Source: Phycisphaerae bacterium
GTDB lineage: Bacteria; Planctomycetota; Phycisphaerae; UBA1845; Fen-1342
DNA length: 64,000 bases
Assembly (NCBI GenBank): GCA_050115495.1
Contig: JASFQK010000001.1
Span: forward strand, 160,001 to 224,000
Direction: 5' to 3'
Part shown: piece after piece, positions 57,637 to 64,000 of the stretch
Numbering within the stretch: position 1 is the first letter of the stretch
Layout: each line of letters opens with the position of its first letter
Notes under the pieces: generated by a model
Databases searched by the model: none
What the model was told of the DNA's origin: nothing
What the model saw: only the letters and a program-made list of their open reading frames with translations
Program-made: the position numbers and the translations under genes

Positions 57637-59832
57637 ATGATGCGTCCGCGCATGATTCAGCTTACCGCCCTGGTGGCCTGCGTGGCCCTGGTGTACGGCG
57701 CGGCGCAGTTCGTGCCCGCGGTGAACAAGGGCCGGCAGGCCCTCAACATGTACGGCAGCGCGGACGTGCTGGAGAACGCGCCGCCGGAATACGCTTTCGC
57801 CATTCAGGCCTTCGGGGCCTTCCGCAGCATCATCGTCAACATCGCCTTCATTCGGGCGGAGACGTACAAGGAGGAGGGGCGCTACTACGACGCCATGCAG
57901 CTGGCCTCGTGGATCTGCCGCCTCCAGCCGCATTTCCCGTCGGTGTGGGAGTTCCAGGCGTGGAACATGGCCTGGAACATCTCGGTAACGACCTACACGG
58001 CGGAGGAGCGTTGGAACTGGGTGTACAACGGGGTGCGGCTGCTGCGCGACGCCGGCATCGAGGCCAACCCGCGGTCCGTGAATCTCTACAAACAACTCGC
58101 CTGGATCTTCAACAACAAGATGGGCGAGAACATGGACGACTTCCACTGGGAGTACAAGCGGAACTGGGCCTGGCGCATGCACCTGGTCCTCGGTCCGCGG
58201 CCCAGCAGCCTGGGAGCGTACACACCCGAGGAGAAGTTCGAGCCGGTCACCTTCGACGTCGCTACCGACCCGCTGCTGGAGATGGCCCGCACGACGGCCG
58301 AGCAACAGGAGGCTCGCCGGCAGCAGCGCCGGGAAGAACTGGGCGTCCCCTACCGCACGACTCGTAGCCTCGAGGAGCGACTGCAGGAGATTCCGCTGGA
58401 CGTACCCAGCGACGAGGGGCCCCTGACGCCGGCCCAGATTCGCCAGCGGGTGATCCGCGACTATCTCCAGCGCATCGCCAACGCGCCGGCGAAGCTGGCC
58501 GGGCTGTACGAAGCTTATCCCGAGACGCGCGACATGGTGGCCCGGCTGCGCGAGATCGGCGTGGAGATCACGGACGATACGCTCACCGAGGACACGTACT
58601 GGTACGACGGCAAGCTGGCCCAGACCTTCTTCAGCCGCTACCGCGGGTTACTGGATACACCCTCGCTGCGGGAGACGATCAGCGCCGAGGCGGACGAGGC
58701 CGCGGCAGTCGAGGCGGCGGCCCGGGAGCGCCTGGACGAGATCCTCGGGGCGCGGGCCGGCAACCCCGCCGGGCGGGCCCTGGTCCGCTTCCTCCAGCGC
58801 AAAGTGCTGCTCGAGGTCTACAAGCTCGATCCGGCGGCGATGGTCAAGCTGGTCGAGCACTTCGGGCCGCTGGACTGGCGCGTGGTGGACACGCAGAGTC
58901 TGTACTGGGTGACGCAGGGTCTGATCCGCGGCGGTGAGACGATCAGCAACTTCCAGAACGACAAGACGAACACGGCGCGCATCCTGTTTTTCAGCCTGCG
59001 CAACCTGTTCCTGCGTAACCGGATCACGTTCGAACCGAACCCCGAGGACGTGAACAAGTCGTACATCAACTTCTCGCCGGACATTGACTTCGTCGAGCCG
59101 ATGCACCGGGCGTTCGTCACGTACGCGCCGATGATTGACCCGGACCCCGGCAACGCCAACAACGCCGGGGAGACCTTCCGTAGCGGACACGTGAACTTCC
59201 TGCGGGAAGCGATTCGCATGCTCTGGTTCTCCAACCGTGTCGATGAGGCGCAGAAGTACTACACGTACCTGAACCAGCACTACGGCATTCGCCCGGACGG
59301 CTCGGTCGAGACGCGGTACCAGATGCCGCTGCGGGACTTCGTGGTGTCGACGTTCTACGGCAACATCGAGACCCCGCGCGAGACCGGGCGGCTCATCGCC
59401 GATCTGCTCTATCGGGCGTATGAGGCCCTGGCGGACGAGGACGCGGCCACCTACAACCAACTGGTGAGCAAGGCGCTCGAGTTCCACACGCAGTACACCA
59501 TCGAGCACAAGACACAGACCACGCCGCGGATGGCGCTGCGGCCGTTCCAGGACTACCAGATCGACATGTTCCGCGAGTGGTTCAACGTGCCGGTCCTATC
59601 CTCGACGATCACCATTCATAAGGCACACCTGTGGCGCGTGGCTCCGCCGACGCTGAAGCAGTGGGTCTATGACGACCTGATCGGTGTGTTGTCGGCGGAG
59701 TGCGCAGCGTGGAATTTCGACCCGGCCAAGGCGTTCCCCGAGCCGCCGGGCATGGCCGAGTTCCGCGAGGCCCACCCGCGCCGCGAGGTGGATCGCCAGG
59801 AGACCGACGTCGAGACCGTGCCCGAGCCGTAG
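57637..59832 (+). CDS. Large N-anchored helical (TPR-like) protein of unknown function
   Basis: N-terminal TM; LQPHFPSVWEFQAWNMAWNISV...RWNWV..G..LL; co-oriented with the ABC genes. Confidence 0.75.
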   Translation: MMRPRMIQLTALVACVALVYGAAQFVPAVNKGRQALNMYGSADVLENAPPEYAFAIQAFGAFRSIIVNIAFIRAETYKEEGRYYDAMQLASWICRLQPHFPSVWEFQAWNMAWNISVTTYTAEERWNWVYNGVRLLRDAGIEANPRSVNLYKQLAWIFNNKMGENMDDFHWEYKRNWAWRMHLVLGPRPSSLGAYTPEEKFEPVTFDVATDPLLEMARTTAEQQEARRQQRREELGVPYRTTRSLEERLQEIPLDVPSDEGPLTPAQIRQRVIRDYLQRIANAPAKLAGLYEAYPETRDMVARLREIGVEITDDTLTEDTYWYDGKLAQTFFSRYRGLLDTPSLRETISAEADEAAAVEAAARERLDEILGARAGNPAGRALVRFLQRKVLLEVYKLDPAAMVKLVEHFGPLDWRVVDTQSLYWVTQGLIRGGETISNFQNDKTNTARILFFSLRNLFLRNRITFEPNPEDVNKSYINFSPDIDFVEPMHRAFVTYAPMIDPDPGNANNAGETFRSGHVNFLREAIRMLWFSNRVDEAQKYYTYLNQHYGIRPDGSVETRYQMPLRDFVVSTFYGNIETPRETGRLIADLLYRAYEALADEDAATYNQLVSKALEFHTQYTIEHKTQTTPRMALRPFQDYQIDMFREWFNVPVLSSTITIHKAHLWRVAPPTLKQWVYDDLIGVLSAECAAWNFDPAKAFPEPPGMAEFREAHPRREVDRQETDVETVPEP

Positions 59833-59839
59833 CGCCGCC

Positions 59840-59857
59840 GGGCGGAACCCGCCCTAC
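59840..59857 (-). repeat. GTAG-type REP-like palindrome between convergent genes
   Basis: GTAGGGCGGGTTCCGCCC, similar to the copy at 46783. Confidence 0.55.
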
Positions 59858-59894
59858 CTCTCAGTCCCGGTCGCTATTCCGCGAACGCCCCGTT

Positions 59895-60188
59895 TCAGTA
59901 TCGGACCTGAAAGTCCGTCTCGTCGCCGCGGGCGGGTTGGTTCTCGATGTCGGCACTGATGATGTTGGCGTGGAAATGGCGGGCGATGGCGTCGAGGAAA
60001 GCGCTGACCTGATCCGGGGGGCCTTCGGCTTCGAGCTCGACGGCGCCGTCCCGCCGGTTGCGGACGTAGCCGGTGACGGCGAAGCCGCGGGCCAGGTCGG
60101 TGGAGGTGGCCCGGAAGAAGACGCCCTGCACGCGCCCGCTGTACACCACGCGACGCCGCACGGGCCCGGTCTCGCTGGTGCCGCTCAT
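59895..60188 (-). CDS. acyP: Acylphosphatase
   Basis: GRVQGVFFR, GYVRNRRDGAVE. Confidence 0.92.
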   Translation of the reverse strand: MSGTSETGPVRRRVVYSGRVQGVFFRATSTDLARGFAVTGYVRNRRDGAVELEAEGPPDQVSAFLDAIARHFHANIISADIENQPARGDETDFQVRY

Positions 60189-60192
60189 GGGG

Positions 60193-60546
60193 TCAATCCT
60201 TCTTGAGCACGACCTTGCGCTTGTTGTTCGTCAGTTCGAGCCGGCCGAACTTGAGCAGGGCGTTGTAGGCTCGCCGGCCGCCGGCGTCGGGACGCAGCGT
60301 CAGCTTGAACCCGCTGAAGCTGTAGCGGCCGGACTCCTCGGTGGTCTTGCCGTCGGTGGTCACGGTGGCGGTGAAGGTGCCGTCGCGGTTGAACGTGGCA
60401 TCGTCGACGCAGAAGGCCTCGCGATTGGGCACGACCTCGACAGCTCGCCAGTGTCCGGCGATCGCCCCGCCGCAGCCGCTCATGGCGACGAGCAGCACCG
60501 CAACAACAAGTACGGCCGCCGGCATCGGCCTGATTCCTGATCGCAT
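60193..60546 (-). CDS. Small beta-barrel (lipocalin-like) lipoprotein
   Basis: Lipobox MSGC; IAGHW...FNRDGTF...GRY. Confidence 0.7.
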   Translation of the reverse strand: MRSGIRPMPAAVLVVAVLLVAMSGCGGAIAGHWRAVEVVPNREAFCVDDATFNRDGTFTATVTTDGKTTEESGRYSFSGFKLTLRPDAGGRRAYNALLKFGRLELTNNKRKVVLKKD

Positions 60547-60602
60547 CGCTCTTCTCTCCGTGGCGGGTGACGAGGCCCATTATACGGGCCGGGCGGCCGG
60601 CG

Positions 60603-62258
60603 TCACGATTCGTCCGCCGCCACGTGAGCCAGCGTACGGGCGATCCGCGCCAGCGTTCGCTCCCGCCCGAGGATAGCCAGCGTGTCGAAGATCGGCGGAC
60701 TGATCGTCGAGCCCGTCACCGCGATGCGCAGCGGCTGAGCGACCTTGCCCAGGCCGAGGCCGTGCTGGTCGGCGTAGCCGCGGATGAGCGCTTCGAGCGG
60801 CGCCGGTTGCCAGTCGGGCAGCTCGGCCAGCGACGTCCGCATCGTTTGCAGAACCTGGATCCCCTGCCGCTCGCCCTTGAGCAGCCACTTCTTCACCGCG
60901 TCGGCGTCGTAGGTGACGTCCTCATCCGGGCGGAACAGGATGGCGCTCTTGAACTCGATGTCGCGGAACGTGCGCACGCCGGGGTTGATCTGAATCAGCC
61001 GCACGAGCGTCTCGTCGTCGAGGGTGGCCAGCGGGCCGGGTCCGTTGACCTGGATGTAATCGCGCAGGCCGGCGAGACGGCGCTCGTCGGACTCGGCAGC
61101 CATCGCGGTCGTGTTGAAGCTCAGCAGCTTGTCGCGGTCGAAGCGGGCGTTAGTCTTGCCGATGCGGTCGACGGTGAACAAGTCGCACATCTCGTCGAGT
61201 GTCATCTTCTCGCGGTCGCCGCCGGGCGACCAACCGAGCAGGCCGATGAAGTTGACGATCACCTCGGGCAGGTAGCCGCTGACGCGGAAGTCGTGGATCT
61301 GGATCTCGGGCAGAACGACGTCCAGGGTGCGGGCCAGCGCCTGGAGCCCCTCATCGTCGAGCGGGGCCTGACCGTCGCGCCAGGCCTTGAACGTGTCGGC
61401 ATCGGCGCGGGCGATCGAGCGGGCCCGCTCTTCGTCGAGCCGTCCGGCTGCCAGCGCCGCGGGCAGTGCGGCCCGCACCGCCTTGTCCTTCTCCCGCTTG
61501 CTCATCTTCGAGCCGTCCATGTTGAAGATGATGGGCAGGTGGGCATAGACCGGGCAGCGATAGCCGAGCGCCTCCTGAAGGCCCAGGTGGTTCGGCGTGT
61601 TCATCAGGTGCTCCTGACCGCGGAGCACGTGCGTGATACCCATGGCCTCGTCGTCGACCACCACGGCGAAGTGGTACGTCGGCCAGCCGTCGGCCTTGAC
61701 GATCACGAAATCGTCGAGCTCTTCGGCGGCGATGCGCACGTCGCCGAGGATGACGTCCGGAACGACGAAGTCGCGGTCTTTTTTCTTGAAGCGGATGACG
61801 ACGGGGCGGCCTTCGGCCCGGGCCCGATCGGCCTCGGCCTCACTGGGGAAGCGCTCCGGTCGCGGATAGCGGAACGTGCGCTTCTGTTTCTGCGCCTCGC
61901 GCCGCATGGCGTCGAGCTCTTCGCGCGTCTCGAAGGCGTAATAGGCCCGGCCGGCGTCGAGTAGCTGTCGGGCGATGGCGCCGTAGCGGTCGAGCCGCTG
62001 GCTCTGGTGGTACGGTCCAAGATCGCCGCCCACCTCGGGCCCCTCGTCCCAGTGCAGGCCGAGCCAACGCAGGTCGTCCAGCAGCCGTCGGTCTGCTTCG
62101 GCGATGTTGCGGGTCTGGTCGGTATCCTCGATGCGCAGGACGAACCGGCCGCCCAGCCGGCGGGCCAGCAGGTAGTTGAATAGGGCCGTGCGGGCCCCGC
62201 CGATGTGCAGGTAGCCGGTCGGGGACGGGGCAAAACGGGTGCGGACGATATCGCTCAT
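60603..62258 (-). CDS. gltX: Glutamate--tRNA ligase with an insertion after KMSKR
   Basis: RFAPSPTGYLHIGG, RIEDTD, VVDD, KMSKR, GYLPE. Confidence 0.96.
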   Translation of the reverse strand: MSDIVRTRFAPSPTGYLHIGGARTALFNYLLARRLGGRFVLRIEDTDQTRNIAEADRRLLDDLRWLGLHWDEGPEVGGDLGPYHQSQRLDRYGAIARQLLDAGRAYYAFETREELDAMRREAQKQKRTFRYPRPERFPSEAEADRARAEGRPVVIRFKKKDRDFVVPDVILGDVRIAAEELDDFVIVKADGWPTYHFAVVVDDEAMGITHVLRGQEHLMNTPNHLGLQEALGYRCPVYAHLPIIFNMDGSKMSKREKDKAVRAALPAALAAGRLDEERARSIARADADTFKAWRDGQAPLDDEGLQALARTLDVVLPEIQIHDFRVSGYLPEVIVNFIGLLGWSPGGDREKMTLDEMCDLFTVDRIGKTNARFDRDKLLSFNTTAMAAESDERRLAGLRDYIQVNGPGPLATLDDETLVRLIQINPGVRTFRDIEFKSAILFRPDEDVTYDADAVKKWLLKGERQGIQVLQTMRTSLAELPDWQPAPLEALIRGYADQHGLGLGKVAQPLRIAVTGSTISPPIFDTLAILGRERTLARIARTLAHVAADES

Positions 62259-62297
62259 GGGGGTCTCGCCAATGCTCGTGAAAGCCGTCCCGGCAGG

Positions 62298-63563
62298 CTA
62301 CTCGACCCGGGCCTCGCGAGCAACGTGGATTCGCAGGCGGGTGATCTTGCGCGGTTCGGCGGCGAGCACGGCGAAGTGCACGTTGTCGTGATTGAACTCC
62401 TCGCCGGCAGTGGGGATCTTGCCGAGCGTGGAGAAAACGAACCCGCCGATGGTGTCGTAGTCCTCTTCTTCAGGGAGGTTGATGTCGAGGGCTTCGTTGA
62501 TCTCGTCAACGTGGACGCGGCCGTCGACCTCGAGCGTGTCCGGATCGACTTGGTCGATGGCCGGGGCGGGCTGCTGGTCGTATTCGTCGTCGATCTCGCC
62601 GACCAGCTCCTCGAGGATGTCCTCGATGGTGACTAGGCCGGCCGTGCCGCCGTACTCGTCCAGGACGATGGCGACCTGGACCTTGGTCTCGCGGAAGTCG
62701 TCGAGCAGGTCGGCGATGGACTTGGTCTCGGGCACGTACGGGGCGACGCGCATCACCTGGCGGGCGTCGAACTTGTCGCCGGCGTTGAGCCGGAGCAGGT
62801 CCTTCGCGTACAGCACGCCGATGATGTGGTCGACGGTCTCCTCGTAGACGGGGATACGCGAGTGCCCGCCGGAGAGGATGACGTTGCGGACCACGTCGAA
62901 GGTGGCCTCGGCCTGGACGGCGTCGAGGTCGGTGCGCGGGGTCATGATTTCGCTGACGGCGGTGTCGTCAAGCCGGAAGACGGACTCGATGATCTCGACC
63001 TGGTCCTCGTCGACGGCGCCGGCGGCTTCGCCCTCCTGGACGACTTCGAGGATCTCCTGCTCCAGCCGCTCGTTCTCGTCGTCCTCGGTCGGCTCAGCCT
63101 TGCCGAGCAGCCGGCGGGTGATGAATTCGAGTCCGCCGAGCGACCAGGCGATCGGCCACAGCACCGTGCGCAAGCCGATGAGCACGTGCAGACTGGCCGA
63201 GACGACACTGTCGGCGACGTGCAGCGCGAGGGCGTGTGGAATGCCAACCGCCAGCGGCAGAAGCAATACGAGGGCGATGAGGGGCGGGATCAATAGAAAT
63301 CCCGTCCCCTGGCTGGCCGGGTTGTCCTGCAGATACCAGGCGTAAACGCAGATGACGACGCCGGTTATGGCCGCGACCCGCACGAAGCCGGTGAGCCCCT
63401 GGAGTTGAGACTCGTGCTCTTCGAGCCAGTCGAGCCAGCGCCGCGAGCCATTCCGGTTCAACCGTTCAGACAGCCGCGAGCGCGAGTAGTCGCGTAGGGC
63501 GTACGCCAGAGTGGACATATACAGGGTCAGCCCGAGCAGGAGCAGACCCACTGCGTATATCAA
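62298..63563 (-). CDS. CNNM/CBS-pair/CorC (hemolysin-family) protein
   Basis: EIMTPR, HSRIPVY, VLDEYGGTAGLVTIEDILEELVGEI.DEYD. Confidence 0.93.
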   Translation of the reverse strand: MIYAVGLLLLGLTLYMSTLAYALRDYSRSRLSERLNRNGSRRWLDWLEEHESQLQGLTGFVRVAAITGVVICVYAWYLQDNPASQGTGFLLIPPLIALVLLLPLAVGIPHALALHVADSVVSASLHVLIGLRTVLWPIAWSLGGLEFITRRLLGKAEPTEDDENERLEQEILEVVQEGEAAGAVDEDQVEIIESVFRLDDTAVSEIMTPRTDLDAVQAEATFDVVRNVILSGGHSRIPVYEETVDHIIGVLYAKDLLRLNAGDKFDARQVMRVAPYVPETKSIADLLDDFRETKVQVAIVLDEYGGTAGLVTIEDILEELVGEIDDEYDQQPAPAIDQVDPDTLEVDGRVHVDEINEALDINLPEEEDYDTIGGFVFSTLGKIPTAGEEFNHDNVHFAVLAAEPRKITRLRIHVAREARVE

Positions 63564-63667
63564 CCCCTCTCTCCGACACGGCGTGAAGGGCGTGGCCTAC
63601 CGCGCAAGCCAAGGCGTCCTTCGTCAGTTATGAGTAACTATATCGGTTAGCGGGCGTGACCCGCAAC

Positions 63668-64000
63668 CTATGTTTGATCGATGGGTTCGCTGTTGGGGGA
63701 ATTGCCGAGGCAACGGGCCAGGGCGTCGCGAAGGCCGAGGTTATCGGCGGTAGCGGCGTGTTCGAGCAGGCCGCGCTGTCGGACCGTGAACGCTCCTGGT
63801 TGCTCCAATCGCCCCTCATCACGCCCCAGGCCGGCGAGAAGGGCGGTGGCGAGGTCGTCCAAGCCGGTACCCTGAAGAGCCGACACGGCTGTGACACGCT
63901 CACGCCAGGCGGGCGGAAGTGTCGCAACGGCGACGTTGTCCACTCCGCCAAGGTCGGCTTTGTTGAGGACAACACAGGTCGGAACAAGGCCGGCGAGATC
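63668..64000 (-). CDS. C-terminal part of an MnmE/TrmE-like GTPase, truncated by the window edge
   Basis: Minus frame from 64000 reads VVLNKADL (G4) and VSALQGTGLDDL (G5). Confidence 0.65.
   Translation of the reverse strand, partial: DLAGLVPTCVVLNKADLGGVDNVAVATLPPAWRERVTAVSALQGTGLDDLATALLAGLGRDEGRLEQPGAFTVRQRGLLEHAATADNLGLRDALARCLGNSPNSEPIDQT

Overview
A GC-rich bacterial chromosome segment, most likely from Planctomycetota (Phycisphaerae-like). The evidence is the PVC signature 'small basic protein', several zinc-ribbon membrane proteins, a dockerin-like DxNxDGxVNxFDI repeat protein and an excisionase-HTH/REC regulator. Most of the window is housekeeping: lpdA (partial), mnmG, lysC, queA, tatD, yicC, secG, tpiA, ilvE, rnc, acylphosphatase, gltX, a CNNM/CBS protein and a partial MnmE-like GTPase, plus RND and ABC transporters and secreted proteins. 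Three accessory inserts stand out. (1) A 2.7-kb, lower-GC cassette with no integrase carries a nuclease-like-NACHT (bacterial NLR-like) gene and is bracketed by two copies of the lysC 5' end and its -10 box. (2) An AT-rich leader precedes an XRE/zinc-ribbon regulator and an unknown membrane-anchored protein. (3) A HigBA-type toxin-antitoxin pair. The best candidate for an undescribed system is a ~13-kb cluster of a P1B-ATPase, two paralogous ABC-2 permeases, an ABC ATPase, three SPFH (HflK/HflC/HflK-like) proteins and a large membrane-anchored helical protein, with no ftsH in the window. I found no tRNA, rRNA, CRISPR array, integrase or transposase. All calls come from motif recognition by eye; no database searches were run.
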